A DNA stretch of 35,782 nucleotides, taken from assembly GCA_037137555.1 (NCBI GenBank), contig JBAXKA010000003.1, forward strand, positions 1 through 35,782, written 5' to 3'. This stretch comes from Candidatus Moraniibacteriota bacterium (GTDB taxonomy: Bacteria > Patescibacteriota > Minisyncoccia > Moranbacterales > UBA2206). Both the position numbers and the translations under genes were made by a program. Of the stretch, positions 1-7,671 are shown in pieces. The notes under the pieces were generated by a model, which worked only from the letters and a program-made list of their open reading frames with translations, made no database searches and was not told the origin of the DNA. The first letter of the stretch is position 1. Every line of letters starts with the position of its first letter.

Positions 1-174
1 TGGTATGGCTAATAGTCCCCTCTTTTTGGGAGCTTAGTTTGTTTTTTAGTTTAGACAAAATTATCATTTTTTATTTTGTTTTTTTAGGTGATACTACCTG
101 ATTATTGTAGCATAGTTTTTTGAAATGCAACAATGGGGATTTAATTTTTTAATTTTATAGCTTAAAATTCATAT

Positions 175-1977
175 TTGGCAAAATCTCCATTTACCGATAT
201 AATGAAAACAATGAAAATATCCACCAAATTCAATGCATACAAATTATTTTCCGCCCTCGGAATCTTTATTTTGGGGTTGGAATTTTTGGCGATTATTCTG
301 ACGCTATTCAAAATCTTTTATTGGCCTTTTTTTGCTCTCTATTTTTTAATTGGCAGTATTGTCTTGCTAACACTTTTTTTGCGCAATCACAAAAACTTAA
401 ATCGCTCGCAAGTTTTAATTTTTTTATTGCTTTTGCTATTTTCTTTTTCAGCTATTCTTCTTTCAACCTATTCCGCCGAACCATCCGTCTTTTCTGGACG
501 CGATCAAGGCTCATTCAGTGAAGCCGCCATTAGATTATCTCAAAATCATCAATTAACTTTCACAACAACCTCCTCGCAAGAATTTTTCAAAATTTATGGT
601 CCAGGCTCAGCCCTTAATTTTCCTGGCTTCAATTATACGCAAGAAGGAACATTGATTACGCATTTTTCTGTGGGCTATATTGCTTGGCTCGCTATTTTTT
701 ATAGCTTTTTTGGTCTCGCTGGCTTTCTAGTGGCTAATGGCATTTTGTTTTGCTTATTTTTATTCTCTTTTTTTGCTTTAATTAAAATTCAGACCAACTT
801 GCGTTCAGCTTGGGTTGGATTTTTTATTGTGATAAGCACTTTTGTTTTTTCTTGGTTTCTCAAATTCACCCTGAGCGAAAATTTAGCTTTAGGTTTTATT
901 TGGTTTGGGCTATTGGAACTCTCGCTTTTTTTGAAATATCGCCAGCAACTTTTTTTATTTTCCGCTCTCGGTTCTTTTTTATTACTCACTTTCACAAGGA
1001 TAGAAGCATGGGCACTGCTTTTTATGCTAGCCGTTATTCTTTTTATTTTACATAAAAAAACGAAAAATATTTTCTTAAACATACAAAAACAAAAAATATT
1101 TTGGCTTTTAGGATTTTTTGTCACTATTTATTTTATCACGCTCAAAGTCAATAGTCAGTTTTATCTTTCTTCGCTAAAAGGCCTTGTGAATTCTTTTTCT
1201 TCCACAGGAAATAGCTTAACTGCTATTTCTGCATTTATTTATTTAAGCAAAATTTTTTATTATTATGGTCTTTTGCTTTTTTTCATCATCGGAATATTAG
1301 GCATTTTTTATTTTATTACTAAAAAGAAATATTTTGCGCTTGTGCCTTTCTTCTTGCTCTTGCCGTTATTTATTTATCTCATCCACCCAGGAATCTCGCT
1401 TGACCATCCCTGGATGCTTCGTCGTTTTTCTTTTGCCCTTATTCCTTTGATGATTTTTTATACTATATTGATTATCGATCGCCTATTTTTGAAAAAGCTT
1501 TATTTTTTCTCACTAGCAATTTTTCTGATTATGGCAAACTTAACTTTTTTTCTGCCTTATACTTTTTTTTCGGAAAATAAAAATCTACTCACTCAAACAA
1601 AAACGCTTAGTGAAAATTTTTCAAATACTGATCTTGTGCTTGTCGATCAACTCGCCTCTGGTGATGGTTGGTCAATGCTTGGTGCGCCAATGAATTTTCT
1701 CTATGGAAAACAAGCGGTTTATTTTTTTAATCCCGCCGACTTAAATAAACTAAATATTAAAAAATTTAGTAATATTTATTTTATCATTCCGGATGAAAAT
1801 TTAGCTCTATATGAAAAATTCGGTCTTTTAGAAAAAATAATTCCCCAAAAAGATTATCAAATCACCAGAAATGCTTTTGTTGTTTCTGACCTGACAAAAA
1901 CTAGTGGACTATTTCAAGAATTTCCCCTAGAATCTCAACAGACCATAAAAGGCAAAATCTATTTATTAAAAAATTAA
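175..1977 (+). CDS. Polytopic membrane glycosyltransferase, GT-C fold (PMT_2/ArnT-like), putative
   Basis: 600-aa ORF with many hydrophobic helices followed by a soluble C-terminal domain, the same layout as the paralogues at 15835-19741. The track start is TTG; the first in-frame ATG is at 202. Confidence 0.6.
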   Translation: MAKSPFTDIMKTMKISTKFNAYKLFSALGIFILGLEFLAIILTLFKIFYWPFFALYFLIGSIVLLTLFLRNHKNLNRSQVLIFLLLLLFSFSAILLSTYSAEPSVFSGRDQGSFSEAAIRLSQNHQLTFTTTSSQEFFKIYGPGSALNFPGFNYTQEGTLITHFSVGYIAWLAIFYSFFGLAGFLVANGILFCLFLFSFFALIKIQTNLRSAWVGFFIVISTFVFSWFLKFTLSENLALGFIWFGLLELSLFLKYRQQLFLFSALGSFLLLTFTRIEAWALLFMLAVILFILHKKTKNIFLNIQKQKIFWLLGFFVTIYFITLKVNSQFYLSSLKGLVNSFSSTGNSLTAISAFIYLSKIFYYYGLLLFFIIGILGIFYFITKKKYFALVPFFLLLPLFIYLIHPGISLDHPWMLRRFSFALIPLMIFYTILIIDRLFLKKLYFFSLAIFLIMANLTFFLPYTFFSENKNLLTQTKTLSENFSNTDLVLVDQLASGDGWSMLGAPMNFLYGKQAVYFFNPADLNKLNIKKFSNIYFIIPDENLALYEKFGLLEKIIPQKDYQITRNAFVVSDLTKTSGLFQEFPLESQQTIKGKIYLLKN

Positions 1978-1988
1978 CTCTTGCTACT

Positions 1989-3335
1989 ATGTCTTTTGAT
2001 CTAACTAAAGAAATTAAATTAGACGAAAAAAGTTATTCCCAATATCGACGCTGGCAATTATTTTTTTATCTTACTGGCTTTGTCGCATCGCTCTATGTCG
2101 CTTATTTTATTTTTTTCCCTACCCAAGAATTTAATTTTTCTTTTTTAATGTTGACATCTAACAAAGGCAACGCCCTTAACCCCAGAAACTTTGATGGCAC
2201 GCTGATTACAGATGGAAATTTTTCCGCCAAACAAAAAAAATATTTTGATACATCACTTGTTGGCAGTTTTTCCAAAATTAAATTAAGCTTTACGCCGAAT
2301 AAACAATCTGCAAAACCAGAAAATATGCATATTGATCTGCGAAAGTCCTATCGTGCATTTCTTTATCTGGAAGGCGAACCAGTCGGATTCAAAAATGGCA
2401 CACTATTGGAAAATAATCATAATTTTTATTTAGTTTCTGACGGGAAATTAAGAAAATTTAGCAATCTTGAAATTATCGCATCGCTCGGTTTTCCGCAAAC
2501 GGCTTTTGTTACTATAAACAATATCACTGAATTAAATTATAATCTTTTGGGCGAAGAGATCACTGATCCAAAAAATTATCCTGCTGACACGATCTTTAAA
2601 ATTGCTAATTTTTATTATCAACTAAATTCTGCTGGCTCGTTAAATAAATTTATCAGCACCACAGCATTTCATAGTCAATATGACGAAAAATTAGCTATCA
2701 CCAAAGATCCTGACTTTCTCAAAAATTATTCTATCACGGAGAATCCTATTGGCTTTGCTGATGGAACGCTAATTTCCTATGGCACATCCGTTTTTATTGT
2801 GAGTAAAAATAAAATTTATCCGGTTGGCGATCCAGATATTTTCATCAATCAAGGTTATGCGTGGAACGATATTATCACAGTCAGCGGAGATGAATTTTCT
2901 CTCTATGAAAAAGAAAAGCTTTTCACACTTACCAGCATTCATCCGGACGGCACTATTTTTTTCACGCCAGATTCTGCCAAATGGTATCAAATTAAAAATG
3001 GCCAAAAACATGAATTGCCCTCAGAGAAAATTGCAAATTCTTGGCTTCAAAAAAATCCCATTCTTGTTTCCGCTAAAAGTCTTGATATTTTGGGCGGGTG
3101 CGAATTACAAAAAGAATTTTTTGGCAATTATTCCTGTCTAATTCCTCTGAACGATCAGGAAGACACGGCGGGAAAATATTACGAATTTACTTTTGCCACA
3201 AAAGACGATCTTAAAATTAACAATCTCAATGTGCTCTACGAAAAAAATATGACTATCCCCAATCTTAAATTAGCCCTACGCACTATGATTCTAAAAATAA
3301 AAGCCCGCTATGGCATTCAAACAAACTCACAATAA
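1989..3335 (+). CDS. Hypothetical membrane-anchored extracytoplasmic protein
   Basis: 448-aa ORF with one N-terminal TM helix (WQLFFYLTGFVASLYVAYFIFF) and then a large soluble domain. It starts 11 nt after the upstream GT-C gene, so is probably co-transcribed. No motif recognised. Confidence 0.6.
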   Translation: MSFDLTKEIKLDEKSYSQYRRWQLFFYLTGFVASLYVAYFIFFPTQEFNFSFLMLTSNKGNALNPRNFDGTLITDGNFSAKQKKYFDTSLVGSFSKIKLSFTPNKQSAKPENMHIDLRKSYRAFLYLEGEPVGFKNGTLLENNHNFYLVSDGKLRKFSNLEIIASLGFPQTAFVTINNITELNYNLLGEEITDPKNYPADTIFKIANFYYQLNSAGSLNKFISTTAFHSQYDEKLAITKDPDFLKNYSITENPIGFADGTLISYGTSVFIVSKNKIYPVGDPDIFINQGYAWNDIITVSGDEFSLYEKEKLFTLTSIHPDGTIFFTPDSAKWYQIKNGQKHELPSEKIANSWLQKNPILVSAKSLDILGGCELQKEFFGNYSCLIPLNDQEDTAGKYYEFTFATKDDLKINNLNVLYEKNMTIPNLKLALRTMILKIKARYGIQTNSQ

Positions 3336-3350
3336 TATTATCTAAACATT

Positions 3351-3755
3351 ATGCTCAACAAAAAAATTCATTCCCCAAATACGCTAACAATTTGCTATAA
3401 ATTATTGCATGACAGTTTGTTTATGCTAATTATTTTTTTCACACTAACCCTCATCACCGAAGCCGTTCTTCCTGGCACTATTATTTCGCATATTGGTTTT
3501 TCCAAAATAATTATTGCGATGCTTCTGAATATTTTTATCCTAAAAATACTGGAAAAAAAAATCACACCAGATCAAGTTGATAAAAATATTTGTCCAAAAA
3601 ATAATAATCTTAAAAAAATCATCATCCCCTTTTCCGCTCTTGGCGCACTGCTCATTTTCAACAGCCAACTAGGCATGAATATTTTTTTAAATTTATTTTT
3701 ACTATTAATTTGTGCGATTTTGGGCTATTTAAGTTATTGGATTTTGTTTGATTAG
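3351..3755 (+). CDS. Small integral membrane protein (4 predicted TM), hypothetical
   Basis: 134-aa hydrophobic ORF. Its last 161 nt plus about 90 nt downstream are duplicated at 5698-5947. Confidence 0.55.
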   Translation: MLNKKIHSPNTLTICYKLLHDSLFMLIIFFTLTLITEAVLPGTIISHIGFSKIIIAMLLNIFILKILEKKITPDQVDKNICPKNNNLKKIIIPFSALGALLIFNSQLGMNIFLNLFLLLICAILGYLSYWILFD

Positions 3756-3844
3756 TTTTTGTTTTTTTGTTATAGTTTGAGTGTGGTTAAGTCGTGCAAA
3801 ATAGCTGAAAACATTTTGGATATAAACGCATTTTGGCGAAATGC
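3595..3844 (+). repeat. Direct repeat copy 1 (about 250 bp): 3' end of the 134-aa gene plus downstream attI-like relic
   Basis: Matches 5698-5947 at a constant offset of 2103 nt. I found no mismatches in the first ~220 nt. Three mismatches cluster at 3814-3825 and the copies diverge completely after GGCGAAA (3841/5944). Confidence 0.95.
3776..3841 (+). other. Relic of the integron Pc/attI region (attI-like site without recombinase gene)
   Basis: TTTGAGTGTGGTTAAGTC (3776-93) resembles TTTGAGTATAATTAAATC (30943-60). CAAAATAGC resembles CAAAAATAGC. CTGAAAACATTTTGGATATAAACG (3805-28) matches CTGAAAACACTTCGGATATAAACG (31002-25) at 22/24. It is followed by TTTTGGCGAAA where attI has GTTATCTGAAA. 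A second copy lies at 5879-5944. Confidence 0.6.
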
Positions 3845-3923
3845 TATGCGCTTCGCTGTGAAAATGGTTTATTTATAAGGGGAAATGAGCTACTATGCAA
3901 TTATTAAACTAAATTAAAAAAAT

Positions 3924-4526
3924 ATGAAAGGACTTATTTACATAATAACAACGGCCGTTTCTGGTTTAATTAAAATAGGACAAACTGGCACGGGTAATTA
4001 TCAGGAGCGAATGCGTAATCTTGAGGCGAATGGCTACTATAATGTTTCTGGTCTTAAAAGATTTTTTGCGATCGAACTTGAAGATTACAACGATAAAGAA
4101 AATCTTTTAAAGGAAATTTTTAATAAACATCAAGTTGGGAACAGTGAATTATTTGCTCTTGATTATGATTTAGTGAGACAGCTTTTATTGTCATTCGAAG
4201 GCAAGGTGGTATATCCCAAAGATATAAACAAAGAAAAAGAATTTGATGAGGTTTCGAAAGCGAGAGAACAAGGGGTGCGGTTTAGTTTTTATAAAAAAGG
4301 TATCGGGAACGGAGAAGAAATTGTTTTTATAGCTGACAAAGAAATTACTGCGAAAGTAGTTGGCGAGCGCGAAGTAGAATATGGTGAACAAATTTGGAAA
4401 CTTGCACCATTAACATACAAAATATATGAGCAAAAGGGCGGATTAAATGAGAGCAAAGCATATCAAGGAGCCGCTTATTGGCAATATAAAAGCAAAAGAC
4501 TGAGAGATTTGCCTGATATTAATTGA
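3924..4526 (+). CDS. T5orf172 / GIY-YIG-superfamily domain protein with an uncharacterised C-terminal domain
   Basis: The N-terminus MKGLIYIITT..GLIKIGQTG..YQERMRNLE..NSELF fits the T5orf172 (MUG113) GIY-YIG-like pattern. The C-terminal ~90 aa ends in YQGAAYWQYKSKRLRDL, possibly DUF4357-like; this is from memory and unverified. Confidence 0.65.
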   Translation: MKGLIYIITTAVSGLIKIGQTGTGNYQERMRNLEANGYYNVSGLKRFFAIELEDYNDKENLLKEIFNKHQVGNSELFALDYDLVRQLLLSFEGKVVYPKDINKEKEFDEVSKAREQGVRFSFYKKGIGNGEEIVFIADKEITAKVVGEREVEYGEQIWKLAPLTYKIYEQKGGLNESKAYQGAAYWQYKSKRLRDLPDIN

Positions 4527-4531
4527 AAAAT

Positions 4532-4616
4532 ATGACGCAATCAAAAGGCTTAATTTAGGAGTTTTCAAGGCATTTTTATTAAAAATGACGCAATTGGCTT
4601 GAAATAATGACGCAAT
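4532..4616 (+). promoter_or_regulatory. Three direct copies of ATGACGCAAT upstream of / overlapping the Fic gene start (candidate operator)
   Basis: Exact 10-mers at 4532-4541, 4585-4594 and 4607-4616, each preceded by A-rich sequence. They lie in the 80-nt T5orf172-Fic intergenic region. Confidence 0.45.
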
Positions 4617-5671
4617 GGTGCTATGATGTATTTATGAATAAAAGACAACAACAAATCATAGAATTTGCCAAGAAAAATCATTCTTTCCAAAATAAAGAAT
4701 TGGTTACTTTTTTTGATGATAAATATTCCAGAGAAACAATTACCAGAGACCTGTCTTTTTTATGCACACAAAATTTTTTGCAAAAAAACGGTGCTGGAGC
4801 TTTTGTAGTTTATTCGCTGTCCGACGCATATGGAAGCTTAAAAGAAGTTGATATTCAAAAATATTTTAAAACTCCATATTTAAAAAGAGATGTAAAGGAA
4901 AGTTTTAATTTTGAAATCTTTTCCATATTAAAAGATGATATTTTTACAGTGGAAGAAAAAGAAAAGCTGGAAAACTTACAAAGAAAATTTATTAAAAATT
5001 TCTCCAAATACGATAGCCAAACGCTTATCAATAAAGAATTTGAAAGAATAATGATTGAGTTTTCTTGGAAGTCATCGGCAATAGAGGGGAATACCTACTC
5101 ACTCCTAGGCACAGAAGCCTTGATTAAAAATAATGTCATCGGGGAAGGCAAGACCAAGGAAGAAACTCAAATGATTCTCAATCATAAAGACGCTTTTAAT
5201 GAGGCGATCCAAAATAGGGCGCGTTTTATTAAATTACGATTGGCTGATGTTGAATATATCCATTCTGTTTTAACAAAAAAACTTGGAATAACCAAAAATA
5301 TTAGAAAAGCCGGGGTTGGCATTACTGGCACAAAGTATAAACCCCTGGATAATGAATCGCAAATCAAAGAAGCATTGCAAAATATGGTTGATTTTATCAA
5401 CAAAAAGGAATCATTTTTTGAAAAGGCCTTTTTGATTTCTATCCTTATCGCCTATATCCAGATTTTTGAAGATGGAAATAAAAGGACTTCGCGGATGATT
5501 TCCAATGCTATTTTATTAGCACATCATTCAATCCCACTTTCTTACAGAATCGTAGATGTTGAAGAGTACAAAAAGGCGATTATATTATTTTATGAGCTAA
5601 ATAATCTTGCTTATTTCAAACAGATATTTATAGAGCAATTCGAAGATGCGGTCAATAATTATTTCAAATAA
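4607..5671 (+). CDS. Fic/DOC-family protein with N-terminal winged-HTH and a degenerate Fic motif (His replaced by Gln)
   Basis: The Fic motif position reads IQIFEDGNKRTSR, versus canonical HxFx(D/E)GNGRxxR. An inhibitory-helix-like motif SSAIEGN ([ST]xxxE[GN]) lies upstream. The N-terminal ~60 aa look DeoR/wHTH-like. The likely true start is the ATG at 4634 (MNKRQQQ...). Confidence 0.75.
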   Translation: MTQWCYDVFMNKRQQQIIEFAKKNHSFQNKELVTFFDDKYSRETITRDLSFLCTQNFLQKNGAGAFVVYSLSDAYGSLKEVDIQKYFKTPYLKRDVKESFNFEIFSILKDDIFTVEEKEKLENLQRKFIKNFSKYDSQTLINKEFERIMIEFSWKSSAIEGNTYSLLGTEALIKNNVIGEGKTKEETQMILNHKDAFNEAIQNRARFIKLRLADVEYIHSVLTKKLGITKNIRKAGVGITGTKYKPLDNESQIKEALQNMVDFINKKESFFEKAFLISILIAYIQIFEDGNKRTSRMISNAILLAHHSIPLSYRIVDVEEYKKAIILFYELNNLAYFKQIFIEQFEDAVNNYFK

Positions 5672-5697
5672 CCACTTATGAACGAATCAGAAACAAA

Positions 5698-5947
5698 CAA
5701 AAAATAATAATCTTAAAAAAATCATCATCCCCTTTTCCGCTCTTGGCGCACTGCTCATTTTCAACAGCCAACTAGGCATGAATATTTTTTTAAATTTATT
5801 TTTACTATTAATTTGTGCGATTTTGGGCTATTTAAGTTATTGGATTTTGTTTGATTAGTTTTTGTTTTTTTGTTATAGTTTGAGTGTGGTTAAGTCGTGC
5901 AAAATAGCTGAAAACATGTTGGGTATAGACGCATTTTGGCGAAAGGC
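5698..5947 (+). repeat. Direct repeat copy 2: orphan 3' fragment of the 134-aa membrane-protein gene plus attI-like relic
   Basis: Duplicate of 3595-3844. It has no upstream in-frame start: the ATG at 5679 reads a different frame and stops at 5706-5708, so the coding part is a gene remnant. Confidence 0.9.
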
Positions 5948-6077
5948 ATTTTTTACTTTTGGGCAATCGCCCATCTCAAAAAAAGAATTTGAATTTTGTT
6001 TTTTTATTAATTTATAAAGGGGTATGAGGTGTTTTCTCCGCTACGAAAACGATTTAATTATATTGTAAAATATAGAT

Positions 6078-7670
6078 ATGAATACAACGACCATTAAACA
6101 ATTGTTGACCATAAAAGAGGCTTGCGAATGGGCAAGCTCGTTTTTAGGTCGTGCAATCAGTGAAACAAATATTTCTTACTTAATACAATATGGAAAAGTA
6201 AAAAAATATGGTGAAAATGGCAGTACTCAAATTCATATTAATGATTTAAAAAATTATTATCAATCATTTAACGGAACAAGAGAGGTTGAATGGAAAAAAA
6301 AGCTAGGCGATGACTTAAATTGGAGTTTGTCATTTGATAATTTAAGAGAAACAGATACCACAAAACATGTTCATAGGCTGCACCCATACAAAGGTAAATT
6401 TATTCCTCAATTAGTTGAGTATTTTATAGATGAACATACTGATGATTTTAAAAAACAATCCTTTTTCAAAAAAGGCGATATTGTATTAGATCCTTTTTCT
6501 GGTTCAGGGACAACTCTTGTGCAAGCAAATGAACTTGGTATTCATGCAATAGGTGTAGATATTTCTCGATTTAATTGCATGATAACCGATACAAAACTAC
6601 TAGACTATAACTTAAATTTATTAATACAAGACATCAAAACTATAAACTTAGCGATTACTAAATTTGAAACTGACGCAAAAATACAAGAATTTGAAAAAGA
6701 ATTATATTTTGAATTATCAAAATTCAACAATGAACATTTTCCATCCCCAGATTATAAAAGAAAAATTTATAAAAAAGAAATCGATGAAAATAAATATTCG
6801 GCTACTAAAGAAAAAGAATTTTTATCAATCTATAATAAATTAGTAAAAAAGTATAAAATTGAATTAAAACAAGAAAAAAATAACTCTTTTCTTGATAAAT
6901 GGTACATAAAAAATATACGAAAAGAGATTGATTTTGCATTTGAACAAATCAAGCAAATAAAAAATGAAAAAAATAAAAGAGTTTTGGCTGTGATATTAAG
7001 TAGAACAATTCGCTCTTGTAGGGCAACTACTCATTCTGATTTAGCTACATTAAAAGAACCTCAGACAACTACTTATTATTGTTGGAAACATAAAAAAATT
7101 TGCAAACCTCTTTTTTCTATTAAATATTGGTTTAGTCGTTATGCAAACGACACTATTGCTAGAATTAAAGAATTTCAAAAATTAAAAAATGGTGTACATT
7201 GGGCATCGATTACTGGCGATTCCAGAACCGTTGATATAGCAAAAGAAATTCAATTAAGAAATAAAGAATTTTATAATCTTATAAAAAACCAAAAGATTAA
7301 AGGGATATTTTCTTCACCGCCATATGTCGGACAAATAGATTATCATGAGCAACATGCTTATGCATATGATCTTTTCAGTTTTGAAAGAAAAGATGAGTTA
7401 GAAATTGGTCCATTATACAAAGGACAGGGAATGGAAGCCAAAAAATCGTATGTCGAAGGTATATCGCAAGTTTTGCTAAATTCAAAAAAATACTTTGCAA
7501 ATAATTATGATGTATTTTTGGTAGCAAATGATAAATGGAATTTATATCCTACAATAGCCGAGAAAGCTGGCATGAAAATTGTCAATCAATACAAACGACC
7601 AGTATTAAATCGCACAGAAAGAGATAAAAATCCTTATTCAGAAATAATATTTCATTTAAAAAATAATTAA
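6078..7670 (+). CDS. SAM-dependent DNA methyltransferase (N6-adenine or N4-cytosine), type II R-M
   Basis: HPYKGKFIPQLV...VLDPFSGSGTT (motifs X/I, aa ~101-146), GVDIS (motif II), and SSPPY (motif IV, aa ~411-415). A ~200-aa Lys/Glu-rich insert lies between them. The N-terminal ~45 aa look HTH-like. The gene stops 1 nt before the next ORF. Confidence 0.85.
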   Translation: MNTTTIKQLLTIKEACEWASSFLGRAISETNISYLIQYGKVKKYGENGSTQIHINDLKNYYQSFNGTREVEWKKKLGDDLNWSLSFDNLRETDTTKHVHRLHPYKGKFIPQLVEYFIDEHTDDFKKQSFFKKGDIVLDPFSGSGTTLVQANELGIHAIGVDISRFNCMITDTKLLDYNLNLLIQDIKTINLAITKFETDAKIQEFEKELYFELSKFNNEHFPSPDYKRKIYKKEIDENKYSATKEKEFLSIYNKLVKKYKIELKQEKNNSFLDKWYIKNIRKEIDFAFEQIKQIKNEKNKRVLAVILSRTIRSCRATTHSDLATLKEPQTTTYYCWKHKKICKPLFSIKYWFSRYANDTIARIKEFQKLKNGVHWASITGDSRTVDIAKEIQLRNKEFYNLIKNQKIKGIFSSPPYVGQIDYHEQHAYAYDLFSFERKDELEIGPLYKGQGMEAKKSYVEGISQVLLNSKKYFANNYDVFLVANDKWNLYPTIAEKAGMKIVNQYKRPVLNRTERDKNPYSEIIFHLKNN

Positions 7671-7671
7671 T

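Noticed and set aside
1-174. Leading 174 nt (TGGTATGGCTAATAGTCCCCTCTTTTTGGGAG...) as a possible RNA gene end or regulatory element.
   Set aside because: There is only a weak short hairpin (TCCC..GGGA) and AT-rich sequence. It is truncated by the window edge, so evidence is insufficient.
5698-5861. Second copy of the 134-aa gene's C-terminal coding segment as a possible functional mini-gene.
   Set aside because: There is no in-frame start upstream. The nearby ATG at 5679 is in another frame and terminates after 9 codons. Only an internal Met giving a ~28-aa peptide is available. I treat it as a duplication remnant.
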